64,000 nucleotides of DNA, taken from Mobula hypostoma. Its lineage: Eukaryota. A model generated the notes under the pieces. That model searched no databases. It saw nothing but the letters and a program-made list of their open reading frames with translations, and was not told the origin of the DNA. Numbering within the stretch: position 1 is the stretch's first letter; each line of letters begins with the position of its first letter. The translations under genes were made by a program, and so were the position numbers. Shown here piece after piece: positions 24,640 to 38,269 of this stretch. The stretch is taken from NCBI RefSeq assembly GCF_963921235.1, contig NC_086097.1, positions 98,334,001 to 98,398,000 on the forward strand. Reading direction: 5' to 3'.

Positions 24640-26447
24640 AAGGATTCTTGACAGGTGTGGCAGGGCTTGTAAAGCAACATAGGTGACAACAAGGCTTCAC
24701 TCCAGGATGAGCTTCATGCCTTCTATGCTCACTGTGGCAGTCAAAACATGGCGAAACACTCATGAACTCCCACAGCCACCAGTGACTCAATGACTTCAGT
24801 CTCTGAGGCTGAAGTGAGAGTATTCTCCAGGATCGTAAATGCATGGAAAGCATCTGGCCCTGGCAGAGTGCTAAAGACCTGTGCTGATCAACTGGCTGGA
24901 GTGTTAACTGAGATTTTCAACTCTGGCTTCCACAGTCTGAGGCACCCATCTGCTTCAAGCAGTCTTCAATTATATCGGTGCCTAAGAAGAACTGATAACC
25001 TGCCTCAGTGACTAAGGTCCAGAAGCACTTAAATCCACTGTGATGAAGTGCTTTGAGTGGTTGGTAATGAAACATGTTAAATCTGGCCCGAGAAGCAACT
25101 TGTGTCCACTCTGATTTGCCTACCGACACAACAGGTCCACACCAGTTGCCATTTCATTGGCTCTTCACTCAACCCTGGAACACCTGAACAGCAAAGATGC
25201 ATACATCAGGATGCTTGTTATCAGTCATAGCTCAGCATTCAATACTACCATCCCCTTAAAGCTAATTAGTAAGCTTTAAGACCTTGGCCTCAATATCTCT
25301 TTGTGTAGTCGAATCCTCTATTTCCTTACTTGCAGACCCTGGTCAGTTCAGATTGGCAACAGCATCTCTACAATCTTCATCCACACAAGTGCACTCCAAG
25401 GCTGTGTGCTTAGCCCCCTACTCTACTAGCTTCACATTTATGACTGTGAGGCGAAGCACAGGTCCAATGTAATATTTAAGCTTGCTGATGACATCACTGT
25501 TGTTGGTCGAGTCAAAGGTAATGATGAATCAGCATACAGGAGGGGGATCAAAAATATGGCTGAGTGGAATCACAACAGCATCCTCTCACTTGATGTCAGC
25601 AAGACTAAAGAACTGATTATTGACTTCAGGAGGAAGAAACCGGAGGTCTAGGAACCAGTTATCATTGTGGGATCAGAAGTGGAGAGAGTCAGCAACAACG
25701 TTCCCTCTAATTTGTAATGACTGGTGTGCGCAAAAATGTTGTGCTGTGCAATTTTTTTTGCCCAGTGACAACGTGCACTCTGAATATAAAAATAGAATAA
25801 ATAATCCATTTCTAAAATCTGCAGACAAATCATCCTATACTCCATATTGTCAACACCGTCTGCATCAGAAACTGGAAAAGGAAATGTGATTATGTGCGAG
25901 TAGCAAAAGATGCACACCTTAGAGGGAATGTTGGTCAGCAACTTTATTCCTCAGTGTTATGACCTTGGAGGATCTCCCCTGGGTCCCAGCATGCATGTGC
26001 AATTACGAAAGAAGTACAGCAGAGCCTCTACTTTGCAAAGTTTGCGAAGATTCTGCATGACTTCAAAAATTTTGATAAACTTGTGTATAGATGTGTGGTG
26101 GACAGTATATTGACTGGCTACATCACAATGCCCTTGAACGAAAAATCCTGCAAAAAGTAGTGGATATGACGCAGTACATATTGGATAAAGCCCTCCCCAT
26201 CTTTAAGGAGTGCTATTGCAGGAAAGCAGCATCCATTATCAAGGACCCTTTCCAACCAGGATATGCTTTCCTCTCCCTGCCGCCATCAGGAAGAAGGTAC
26301 AGGAGCCTCAGGACTCAACAGTTATTACCCCTCAACCATCAGGCTCTTGAACTATTGAAGATAACTTCACTTGCCCATCACTGAGATGTTTCCACATATG
26401 GACTCACTTTCAAAGACTCTTCATCTCATGTTCTCAATTATTTATTG
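24640..26447 (+). mobile_element. Degenerate Rex1/Babar LINE
   Basis: Fragments LKTCADQLAGVLTEIFN and LQKVVDMTQYI..RKAASIIKDP; its 3' UTR resumes after 27335. Confidence 0.75.
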
Positions 26448-27334
26448 CAGGTTTCCCCCGCCATCCAAAGGTACAGCGTTCCTATGAAACGGTTCGTAAG
26501 CTGGAATGTCATAAAGTGAAGAAGCAATTACCATTTATTTATATGGGAAAAATTTGTGAGCGTTCGCAGACCCAAAAAATAACCTACCAAATCATGCCAA
26601 ATAACACATAAAACCTAAAATAACAGTAACATATAGTAAAAGCAGGAATGATATCATAAACACACAGCCTATATAAAGTAGAAATACTTTTCTACAATCA
26701 TTGCTGCACTGTCCACCGTAGCGAAAATCTCACGCAAATGCACTTGGCAGAAACACTCTGTCCAGTAACATTTAAGCTATGAAGCTGCCAAGTCATACCA
26801 AATAACACATAAAAATACACAGCCTATATATAGTAGAAATAATGTATGTACAGTGTAGTATCACTTACCGGAATCGGAAAGATAGCGCCGAGCACACTGA
26901 TGATGGTGTGTTAAGCTGAGTCGTCAGAGGCTGGGGTGGTGCAGTGGTCCCCAACCTGCGGGCTGCCGACCGATACCGATCCACGAAGCATGCAGTGGTG
27001 CAGCGGTAGCCAGGATGCACCCAGCACATGTTTTTTAAAAAAGCCAAAATAAACAAGCTAATTAATTAGGTGCCGCTCAGCACGTAAATGTCAGCCCAGA
27101 TCTTAGGCGACGCAGCTCAAAATAAATGGACATAAAGTACAGATGCTCACAGGCATGTGTTTAAGCAATGCTGGCTAGAATGCGGTTCCGGGGGAGGAGC
27201 TTGGCTGCTCGGGGCACGCGCTGCCTTTTTTCGTAACAGTGAAAACACCTGTTAGCGAAAACAGGTAATTAATGTAGGTCTTTCGTAACAGCGAGGTGTC
27301 GAAAAGCAAATGTTCAAAAAGCGGGGGACACCTG
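26448..27334. mobile_element. Non-autonomous TIR element (Tc1/pogo-like MITE)
   Basis: 14-bp TIR CAGGTTTCCCCCGC / GCGGGGGACACCTG (1 mismatch), TA on the right, internal direct repeats; interrupts a Rex1 3' UTR. Confidence 0.7.
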
Positions 27335-28139
27335 TATTATTTTTTTCTTTTGTATTTGCACAGTTTGTCTTTTGCACGTAGGTTGTTTACCTGTTGAGTG
27401 CAAACTTTCATTTGGCTCAATTACCTTTTTACTGTGAGTACTCACAAGAAAATGAATCTCAGGATTGTATGTGATGACATGTTACTGTGGACTTTATGCA
27501 GAACAGTTCAGAATTGCCTTACTCTTTATTGTTCCCCAGCCGTCAGTGACAGAATTTGCCGCAGTTTGACACAAATGTGCAAGCTATTTAAATATTGTTT
27601 GTTCTAAGCATGGTGTAGTGTCTGATGGCCACACGATGTGCATGCAATTGACAGTAATTAGACAATGTTCGGCTACAGTCTCATGTCCCAATTAAATGGC
27701 ATTAAGGCAATCCTGGCTGTTTTCCAGTTGTTCTTGCTCATAAAGAATTGTCGCAAATAAGTAGATGACCCAATTAAATGGTTTCCACTGTATGTGTATA
27801 GTAGTGCAGAAAGAAAGTAGAAATAGTGTCATTGACTGTTTAGAAACCCGATGTCTGAGGGGAGGAAGTTGTACCTGAAACATTGAGTGCATATCTTGGG
27901 CTCCTGTATCTCCTTGATGGTAAAAATGTGAAGAGGGCATGTCCTGGGTGGTGGGGGTCCTTAATAATGGCGCCGCTTTTTTGAGCATCACTTTTTGAAG
28001 ATGTCCTTGATCGTTGGGAGGCGCATGATCATTCTTCAACCAAAATCACAAATTCATATTAAAAAAATTACAAAAAGCAGGGGTCTTAGAACAGACATCT
28101 GTGGAACACCACTTCTCACCTTGGATAATCACTGGCTTA

Positions 28140-29108
28140 GGCTACGTCCACACTACGCCGGGTAATTTTGAAAACAAAGCCGTTTTTCTTCGTTTTGACC
28201 CTCTATCCACACTAAAACGGCGTTTTCATCCCCCGAAAACAGAGATGTTCAGAAACGGTCTCCAGAGTGAATAAATCTGAAAACCTAATATCCGTTGCAG
28301 TGTGCGGGGTAACCAGAGCTTTTTAAAACCGCTGTCATGACGTGCCGGAACAAATGGCAACAGCGCGGCATTTCATTGTTTTCTTATTATTACTATTACT
28401 ACCTTATTGTTGTCAAACAATTGATACTAGAGCGTACAATCATCACAGCGATATTTGATTCTGCGCTTCGCAGAACCTAACAATTTCAGAACAGACGGCA
28501 ACGAGACTGAAGCCAGAAGAGTTAGAAATGTACTCACCAAATACTTTGACCCATAGCTTACTGAATAAGTAAGTATTCTCACTTTGCCTTGTTTTCTGTC
28601 CTTGCTTGTATGAAGGTAGTTTACCTATTTATGCAAGTACTTCTTTGACAATAGATGTGTAACAGCCTAATGTAACGTTGTATGGAAATACAAGATAACA
28701 CTGATGCAGACATGTTTTATACATTTAACAAGGTGCTTTATTAATGCAAGTGTTAGTCAGTTTTTCAATGTTCGTCGTCAGCTGGGTCATACTGTCCGTG
28801 AACTCCCTGTTGGTTGCCTCCATACGCTCCAGTATTTGTTTTTTTTAGTTTTAAGTCCTCCTGTGCAAGAGCCAAGAGCAATTCCTTTTAAGTTTTTCTA
28901 CTCTGTAACTGGACAAACGTGCACCAAGTATACCGTTTCCTCTTCACTTGTTTTCTGTGTATCCTGCGCATGCCCAGTAGGAGGAGATTCGCCCAAATAT
29001 CCGTCTAATGTGGACAGAGATATTTTGAAAAACGCTAAATGTGGATGCCTATCGTTTTTACTCGAAACTGGCGTTTTCAAAATTATCCGGCATAGTGTGG
29101 ACGTAGCC
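28140..29108. mobile_element. PIF/Harbinger non-autonomous element
   Basis: 36-bp TIR GGCTACGTCCACACTA..AATTTTGAAAAC at both ends; 3-bp TSD TTA (28137-39, 29109-11). Confidence 0.88.
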
Positions 29109-29649
29109 TTACTTGGCTAAAGAATTGCAAGTATGGAAGTTGTATCTTTTACCTCAGACTCCTGCTGCTCAGCCTTTAAGGCATTAGAAGCATTAACTAT
29201 GTTTGGGATGGGGGTGGTGGTAAGAGCAAAGAAAGGAGAAGAGGTGTGAAAGGAGTCGCGAGGAACTGGGACTGGTGACTGACTACACACTTGTTCTTAC
29301 AAATATGGGCCAGATGTCAACCAGCCTAATATCCTTACTTTTCTTACTCCTTCCCTCAACCCTTATGATTCTGACAAACTATATCATAATACGTCAGTAT
29401 TGCAATCAAAGAAGTCAGTATTGCAGAGGAGATTCTAAGGTGTTGGCAAGCTCGCAACGGCTCTTGATCAATTACATTATTAGAGGTTAGAGCATAGAAT
29501 TTTCATTTTACTTTTCCAAATTAAACAAAATGTGTTTACCATTGGTTATTCAAGTATATTGATATTCCATTCTTGTTTAATTGTGCAATTTAATTTCTTA
29601 TACACTGGGACATGTTTAAAGAATGTTTCCCCTCTTCCCATCAGCGGAA

Positions 29650-30560
29650 CAGCAGTGGAAACTGAGAAGTTTCAAACTCCTTTGCTCATTGCAGCCAAAA
29701 AGTTCTATTTTAACTTAATCAGTCCACAGGACTTGTTTCCAAAATGCATCAGGTTTGTTTAGATGTTCCTTTGCAAACTTCTGACACTGAATTTTGGCCG
29801 CAATGAGCAAAGGTATGTTTGGAGGAAAAATGGTGCAGAATTTCATGAAAAGAACACCTCTCCAACTGTTAAGTACAGGGGTGGATCAATCATGCTTTGG
29901 GCTTGTGTTGCAGCCAGTGGCACGGGGAACATTTCACTGGTAGAGGGAAGAATGAATTCAATTAAATACCAGCAAATTCTGGAAGCAAACATCACACCGT
30001 CTGTAAAAAAAAAGACCTGACGATGAAAAGAGGATGGCTTCCACAACAGGATAATGATCCTAAACACACCTCAAAATCCACAATGGGCTACCTCAAGAGA
30101 CGCAAGCTGAAGGTTTTGCCATGGTCCTCACAGTCCCCTGACCTGAACATCATCGAGAATCCGTGGATAGACCTTAAAAGAGCAGTGCATGCAAGACGGC
30201 CCAAGAATCTCACAGCACTAGAAGCCTTTTTCATGGAAGAATGGGTGAAAGTCCCCCAACCAAGAGTTGAAAGACTCTTAGCTGGCTACAAAAAGCATTT
30301 ACAAGCTGTGATACTTGCCAAAAGGGGTGTTATTAAGTACTGACCATGCAGGGTGCCCAAACTTTTGCTTCAGGCCCTTTTCCTTTTCTGTTATTTTGAA
30401 ACTGTAAAAGATGGAAATAAAGTAATCTTGCTTCAAATATTAAAGGAATGTGTCATCTTTAACTTTTATGCCTTTTGGAAATCAGGTCATCTTTTACTCA
30501 CTTAGCTATTCACAGTAACAGAAATTTTGACCGGGGTGCCCAAACTTTTGCATGCCACTG
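29650..30560 (+). mobile_element. Tc1-like transposon 3' part (DDE remnant, IR/DR end)
   Basis: ORFs 29763..30020 and 30023..30343 (VKYRGGSIMLW, QQDNDPKHTS, SPDLNIIEN); GGGTGCCCAAACTTTTGC near 30351 and 30534; ends CACTG|TA. Confidence 0.88.
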
Positions 30561-31386
30561 TATATCAAACAAATTCCAATGGCGGTTTCTCAGTAGATAA
30601 AGTAGTGGATAACCAAGTTGCAATAAAGAGCATTGGATCAAAAACAATTATTAAAACCAAAAAGTATTACTAGTTAAACAAATGGAAGCAGGGGATGACT
30701 AATTCCCTGAACCACCAAATGACTTGAAATGAAATGTTGCAGAAGATACCATCTTCTAAAATTGTTTAATATTTACATTAGTAGGTGGGTATGGAAAATG
30801 TAATTATTTGGTCATGTTGGATATTACTTTTATACTCAAACAGGGCTGTAGTGGAAGCTAGAGGTGTTGGTTCATTAGAATTTCCAAAAATTGTTTGATA
30901 ATCTGCCACAGAACGGGTTCTTGTGTTGAGAATGACATACGTATTACAGAGGATACAAGATTAGTTGAAGGAAAATCTGCATGGGGATAAACAGTTTAGT
31001 TTCAGGTTGGGAAGCTCTAACTAATTGGGTGCTTTGGGAATTAGTGCTGAAGCCTTAAATATGAATTAGTGGCATGAGTGGGCCTTTTGGTCCCAACCAC
31101 CTGCTGCATCATTTAAAAGCATGGCTGATCTCAACTTTACATTCCTGTTTACCCATGGTAACCTTTCACCCCACTGCTTATGTATCTGGCTCCCTCTGCC
31201 ATAAAACATTCAAAATAGTTTTCAACACTGTTGAGAAAAAGTTCCAAAGACCCATGACACTCTTGTATGGGGGAAAGAGCCTCATCTGGGTGTGCTGCGA
31301 GGTTGAGAATCTCCTACAAAAGGATATGTCTTGTCCAACATTACCTCAGAAGACAACCTGCCCATTTCAGGCATCAGTCTATTAAA

Positions 31387-31527
31387 AATGCAAACACGAG
31401 GAAATCTGCAGATGCTGGAATTTCAAGCAACACACATAAAAGTTGCTGGTGAATGCAGCAGGCCAGGCAGCATCTCTAGGAAGAGGTACAGTCGACGTTT
31501 CGGGCCGAGACCCTTCGTCAGGACTAA
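31387..31527 (-). mobile_element. 141-bp Penelope-derived mini-element (hammerhead + tail)
   Basis: 14-bp TSD ATCAGTCTATTAAA (31373-86, 31528-41); intact hammerhead 31489-31526. Confidence 0.85.
31489..31526 (-). ncRNA. Minimal type I hammerhead ribozyme motif
   Basis: Minus strand TAGTC-CTGACGA-AGGGTCTCGGCCC-GAAAC-GTC-GACTG with a perfect GGG/CCC stem II. Confidence 0.8.
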
Positions 31528-31767
31528 ATCAGTCTATTAAACCACCCCTTAAATGCTTCCACTCATTAACACACTCTATTAAATAAAATCAATTTTTACG
31601 TTACTATCGACGTGATCTCATCCACCTGTTTTGTTCAGTTCAGTTGTTCAATAGGTATACTTTTTTTTTGTTCAGTTCCTCTAGCAACGTGGTAATGTTC
31701 TGTTAGTTTCCCGAATTGCTATAGTACCTGCAAACTGATTTTCTTAGGTACTGTACTAGGACACTCA

Positions 31768-33891
31768 GGCTACGTCCACACTAGGCCGGATAAATCTGTA
31801 ACCGAAGCTTTTGCTCTTTGTTTTGACCCTCCGTCCACACTGAAACAGTGTTTTCCTCCCCCGAAAACGGAGCTTTTCAAAAATGCTGTCCAGAGTGAAT
31901 AAATCTGAAAACGACTAATGGCCGGTGTAGTGTGTACGGGGTAACCGGCTCTTTTTAAAAACCGCTGTCATGACGTGCCGGAACAGATGGTGGCGGCAGC
32001 GTGGCATTTCATTGTTTTCTTAAACACAACCTCCAACACAACAACAATGGCGGACGGCTTCATGTGTGTGTTGTTTACTTTATTGTTTACATTAATTACA
32101 GCCCCCCCACACAACCTAACAATTTCAGAACAGACGGCAATGAGACTGAAGCCAGAAGAGTTAGAAATGTACTCACCAAATACTCTGACCCATAACTTAC
32201 TGAATACTGAATAAATAAGTATACTCACTTTGGCCTGTTTTCTGTCCTTGCTTGTATGGAGGTGGTTTAGCTATTTATGCAAGTACTTCTCTGACAGTAG
32301 ATGTATAACAGCCTCATGCTTAATGTAACATTGTATGGAAATGCAAGATAACACTAATGCAGACATGTTTTATACATTTAACATGGTGCTTTATTAATGT
32401 ATTTCTAGTGCAAACAATCAGTAGATGTAATTGTCACTACTTCCAAAATGTTATTTTTAAGTCGTAGCTTATGTTTGGCATCGACATGAAAATGTTAAGG
32501 CCAAAAAAGGAAAATTGTAAGTTTCAGTTTTACTCAGGTAAAAATAAAATCGCTTTTGCCCAGTAACTTGTTTTATTGCACATGTTAAATACAGCAAAAT
32601 AATACAGAAAGACATTGCAAAAGTAAAGGCAAACAAATGAGGTAACAGCAAATTTCACTTAGCATCTCCCAGTGGCCGCACATTTTAATTCCACATCCCA
32701 TTCCCATTCTGATATGTCTATCCACGGCCTCCTCTACTGTAAAGATGAAGCCACAGTCAGGTTGGAGGAACAACACCTTATATTCCATCTGGGTAGCCTC
32801 CAATCTGATGGCATGAACATTGACTTCTCTAACTTCCACTAATGCCCCACCTCCCCCTCGTACCCCATCCGTTATTTATTTATATACACACATTCTTTCT
32901 CTCTCTCTCCTTTTTCTCCCTCTGTCCCTCTCACTATACCCCTTGCCCATCCTCTGGGTTTTTTCCCCTCCCTCCCCCTTTTCCTTCTCCTTGGGCCTCC
33001 TGTCCCATGATCCTCTCATATCCCTTTTGCCAATCACCTGTCCAGCTCTTGGATCTCCCCCTCCCCCTCCCATTTTCAAATCTCTTACTAGTTCTTCCTT
33101 CAGTTCGTCCTGACAAAGGGTCTTAGCCTGAAACGTCAATTGTACCTCTTCCTAGAGATGCTGCCTGGCCTGGTGCATTCACCAGCAACTTTGATGTGTG
33201 AAGCCTTATTGTATTTAGTTGTAGTTGTTGTCCCTTTCATCGGTGAAGAGACTATGGCTGTAGGAAATGTTTCCAGGGTGACCCCTCTGTGGGAGTGGGG
33301 AAGATGTTGGTGGGGCCACCCGGGGGTCTGTGTGTCCATATGTGTAGCTATTGTAGTGGCTGTGAGGCTGGTATTGTGGCGGTGAAAAGTACTGGAGGGA
33401 GCCAACATATTCCTCATCATTGCAAATCCCTCTGCAACAGAGTTGGTCAGTTTTTCAATGTTTGTCGTCAACCAGGTCATACTGTCCATGAACTCCCTGT
33501 TGGTTGCCTCCATACGCTCCAGTATTTGTTTTTTCAGTTTTAAGTCCTCCTGCATGAGAACCAACGGCGGTCCGTCGTTTGGCAATTTCCTTTTAAGTTT
33601 TTCTAGTCTGTAACTGGACAAATGCGCACCAAGTCTTTCATGGCGAGATTCTACACCAAACATGTCATAGCCATCACCTGTTGCTTGGTCCAAACTGTCA
33701 GAGTTGGGCGTACTCGTCAACGCGGGTGAATTCTGTAGATGTATCCTGCGCATGCCCAGTAGGACGAGATTCGCCCAAATACCCGTTTTAATGTGGATGG
33801 AGGTATTTTCAAAAACTCCTTGTGTGGACGCCTATCGTTTTTACGCAAAACCGGCATTTTCAAAATTACCCGGTCTAGTGTGGACGTAGCC
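31768..33891. mobile_element. PIF/Harbinger deletion derivative (same family as 28140-29108)
   Basis: TIR GGCTACGTCCACACTAG / CTAGTGTGGACGTAGCC; TSD TCA (31765-67, 33892-94); coiled-coil ORF remnant within 33136..33753. Confidence 0.87.
32662..33200 (+). mobile_element. Penelope 3' fragment nested in Harbinger (degenerate hammerhead ~33105-33143)
   Basis: Near-identical to the end of the GIY-YIG ORF and 3' UTR of the 4311-6851 element. Confidence 0.88.
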
Positions 33892-35399
33892 TCAGATCCT
33901 TTCCATAATCTCTGCAGTAATATGTGGTGCTTTGATAGATTTTTATTTAGCCAAAATGAACAATTTTGCTTTTTTTCCACATTGTGCTCCTATTTGTGCT
34001 CCTATTTGCCAAAGTGATCTTTGATTACTCACATTTTTGTACTTTTTTGAATCTCTTTGTGCACTGTTTGCAACTTATTTTTCCATCTTATTTTAGCAAA
34101 TCTAGTAATGATATTTGCAGTGCCTACATCCCAAGTGTTTATATAAATTGAAAAAAGTTGAGACTCTGAACAGATCCCCTGTGGCATAACACCCATATTG
34201 TACCTGTTTCTTATCAGCCAGTTAACCTTTTACTGGCACTATAATGTTGTCACCTAATATGCACTGTAATTTTGTGTAATAACTTTTCAGTGATGCAAAA
34301 TCGAATGCCTTTTTACTGCATCTCTTCCTTTCCACTTCAACCATAGTACATTTTACTCCAAAGAGCACTGATGAAATCAGTCAAATATGGTTTTCCTTTT
34401 ACAAAACTTTTGGCTTTGTCTTGTATCTTTTAAGTGCCATGCTATAACTTTACTATCAGTTTCTGATGCTTTTGCTATGATAGGTTATACTAACTAGTCA
34501 GTTGCCTTCTCATTAATGAATAAAGGAGTTACACTTGCTATTTTCCAATCTGATGAAAGTTTCACGACAATTTCCTATCTATATTAATGAACAGAACAAA
34601 TGTCTCATTGAAGTTTGATATAAAAATTTGAGAATGAAAGTGGCAAAGGCAGCGGTGTTGGAAAAGGGATGTAAATGATAATGTGAAGTAGAATGTAGAT
34701 GCAGAGGGTGTAAGAAAAATGAGGTTATCCATTTTGTTAGGAAGAATATGAATGCAAGTTCTCATTTAATCAGGCTTTGAAATTGTGGTCCACAGAAATT
34801 TTGATCATGAAGAATGAACACAATTTAGCATTTGCAGATAGAGCAACTAACTGAGAAGGCAGTTGTTGCAGTTAATGCAATCATTTTACAACACCAGTGA
34901 GAAGCAATGGGGGTTTAATTTCTCCTTTTGTCTGTAAGTTCTTGATATGTTTTCCTCGTGACAATGTGGGTTTCCTCCCGCGTTCTAACGACATGTTGTT
35001 AGGGTTCTTAGGTTGTGGACATACACTGGAAATATGCTGGCACTTGTGGGCTGCCTCACCACAATCTTCGTTGATTTGATTTTCACTGTCTATTTTGATG
35101 TATGTGTGACAAATGAAGTTGATCTTAAATCCTTTTGGGTTTCCTTTGTTGCATTTGAAATGGGGGTACTGGACTAAGCCTTACTACAGCTGTCTTGGGC
35201 TTTATTGCAACATTAGGAGTACTGTTCAATTTTGGCTGCATCATAGAGTGAAAATCAACCGTGTAGAAAAGGCCCTTCAGACCTATTCATCTGTACTGAC
35301 CATTGTGCCTATTTATGCTAATTCCACTTGCCTGCATTAGTTCCATGCTCCTCCCTGCTCTGCTCATTCAAGGTGCGAGCATGTATTTACTGTGGAGAG

Positions 35400-36910
35400 G
35401 AACATGGAAGCTAGTGAGTCCAAGGGAGGTAATAGCAATATCCTGGAGCATATCAGTGTTACAAATAGAGGTATTGGAGGTCTTGATAAGCATAAAGGTG
35501 GATGAACCCCCAGAATCTGACCAGATGTATGCGAGGATGCTGGGGGAAGCAAGAAGAGATTTCTCAGGCCCCGGCAGAGATTTATCACCTTTCGAGGTGA
35601 GGTACTGGAAGGCTGCATGTTAGTTAATATTATACCTTTAGAGATGAACAGCAGGGATAATCTAGGGAACTACTGGTCCATGAGCCTTGCACCAATGGTA
35701 GAAAAGTTATAGAAAGGATTCTGACAGACCAGGTTTATTCACGTTTGAAAAGGACTGATTGTGGATCATTGGCATGGTTTTGTGCATGGGCCATTATGTT
35801 GTATTCATAAAGGTGGAATACAAAGGTAAGTTAGCTAATAATATTACACAAGATGCTAAAAGTTTCTTCAGATATAGTTAAAGAAAGGTGAGGATAGATA
35901 TCAGACTGCTGGAAAATGATGCTAGAGATGTAGTATTGAGGGGCAAGGAAATGGGGGATGGACCGAATATATATTTTGCATCAGGCATCACTGTGGGAGA
36001 TGATAGCAGTATGTCGGAAGTTCAGGAGTATCGGGGCAAGAGTGTGTGAAGTTGCCATTACTAGAGAGAAGGTGCTTGGTAAACTGAAAGATCTGAAGGT
36101 AGATAAATAACCTGGACCAGATGGTCTACACCCCAGGGTTCTGAAAGAGGTGGCTAAAGAGATTGTGAAGGCACTAGTAAAGATCTTTCAAGAAACAATA
36201 GATTCTGGCCTGATTCAGAAGGACTGGAAAATTGCGTACGTCACTACAATCTTCAAGAAAGAAAAGAGACAGTAGAAAAGAAAGTATGGGCCAGTTAGTC
36301 TGACCTGTGGCTGGGAAGGTGGTGGAATTGATATTAAGGATGTGGTATCAGGGTACTTGGCTGCACCTGATAAAATTTGGCCGAAGTTAGCATGGTCTCC
36401 TGAAGGGAAAATCTTGCCTGACAAATCTGTTACAATTCTTTGAAGAAATAACAAGCAGGATAAAGAAAGGGGAATTGGTGGACGTTGTATACTTGTATCT
36501 TTAGAAGACCTATGACAAGATGCCACACATGAGACTGCTTAACAAGATAAGAGAACATGATATTACAGAAAAGACCATTGGCTGATTGACTTCAGGCAGG
36601 AGGCAAAAAGTGGGATTAAAGGGAGCCTCTTCTGGTGGGTTTCTGGTGACTAGTGGCATTTTACAGGGGTCTGTGTTGGGACCACTTTTTGTGTTTCTAT
36701 GCCAATGATTTGGATGACAGTTGATGGCTTTGTGGCCAAGTTTGCAGACAATACAAAGATGGGGGATGGGGCAGGTAGTGCTGAGGAAGTAGAGAGGCTG
36801 CAGAAGAACTCAGGTTAGGAGAATGGGCAGAGGAGTGACAGATGGAATACAGTGTCGGGAAGTGTCTGGTCATGACTTAGAAGAAATAAAAGCATAGACT
36901 ATTTTCTAAA
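35400..36910 (+). mobile_element. Degenerate CR1 LINE fragments
   Basis: Decayed ORF2 motifs (PGPDGLHPRVLKEVA, FDK.PH, FAD.TK.G). Confidence 0.75.
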
Positions 36911-36917
36911 TGGAGAG

Positions 36918-38262
36918 AAGTTTGACGTCAGTGGTGGGTAAATTGATGGAAAGTATTCTGAGAGATGGTATATATAATTATCTGAATAGACAGTGTCTGA
37001 TTAGGAACAGTCAACATGGATTTGTGCGTGGAAGGTCATGTTTGACAAATCTTACTGAATCTTTTGAAGAGGTTACCAAGAAAATTGACGAGGGTAAAGC
37101 GATGGATGTTGCCGATATGGACTTCAGTAAGGCCTTTGACAAGGTTCCACATGGAAGGTTAGTTAGGAAGGTTCGATCATTAGGTACTAATATTGAAGTA
37201 GTAAAATGGATTCAACAGTGGCATAACTGTTTGTCAGGTTGGAGGCCGGTGACTTGGTGTGCCTCAGGGATCTGTACTGGGTCCAATGTTGTTTGTCGTA
37301 GATATTAGTGATCTGGATGATGGGGTGGTAAATTGGATCAGTAAGTATGCAGATGATACTAAAATAGGTGGCGTTGTGGATAATGAAGTAAGTTTTCAAA
37401 GCTTGCAGAGAGATTTAGGCCAGTTAGAAGAGTGGGCTGAAAGATGGCAGATGGAGTTTAATGCTGATAAGTGTGAGGTGCTACATTTTGGTAGGACTAA
37501 TCAAAATAGGGCATGCATGGTAAATGGTAGGGCATTGAGGAATGCAGTAGAACAGAGGGATCTAGGAATAATGGTGCATAGTTCCCTGAAGGTGGAATCT
37601 CATGTGGATAGGGTGGCGAAGAAAGCTTTTGGTATGCTGGCCTTTATAAATCAGAGCATTGAGTATAGGAGTTGGGATGTAATGTTAAAATTGTACAAGG
37701 CATTGATAAGGCCAAATTTGCAGTATTGTGTACATTTCTGGTCACCGTATTATAGGAAAGATGTCAACAAAATAGAGAGAGTACAGAGGAGATTTACCAG
37801 AATGTTACCTGGGTTTCAGCACCTAAGTTACAGAGAAAGGTTGAACAAGTTGGGTCTTTATTCTTTGGAGCGTGGAAGGTTGGGGGGGATTTGATTAGAG
37901 GTATTTAAAATTATGAGGGGGATAGGTAGAGTTGACGTGGATAGGCTTTGTCCATTGAGAGTAGGGGAGATTCAAACAAGAGGACATGAGTTAAGAGTTA
38001 AAGGGCAAAAGTTTAGGGGTAACACGAGGGGGAACTTCTTTACTCAGAGAGTGGTAGCTGTGTGGAACGAGCTTCCAGTAGAAGTGGTAGAGGCAGGTTT
38101 GATTTTGTCATTTAAAAAAAATTGGATAGGTAAATGGACAGGAAAGGAATGGAGGGTTATGGGCTGAGTGCAGATCGTTGGGACTAGGTGAGAGTAAGCG
38201 TTCGGCACAGTCTAGAAGGGCCAAGATGGCCTGTTTCTGTGCTGTAATTGTTATATGGTTAA
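36918..38262 (+). mobile_element. CR1 LINE 3' fragment
   Basis: ORFs 36910..37308, 37259..37894 and 37913..38167 (YADDTKIGG, FFTQRVVAVWNELP). Confidence 0.9.
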
Positions 38263-38269
38263 GAAGAAA

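Noticed and set aside
26590..26850. Spaced direct repeats resembling an array or CRISPR
   Set aside because: Only two or three imperfect internal MITE repeats in eukaryotic DNA; no regular spacers or cas genes.
33136..33753. 205-aa ORF as a host gene
   Set aside because: It lies within Harbinger TIRs and runs into a nested Penelope tail; it is a chimeric remnant.
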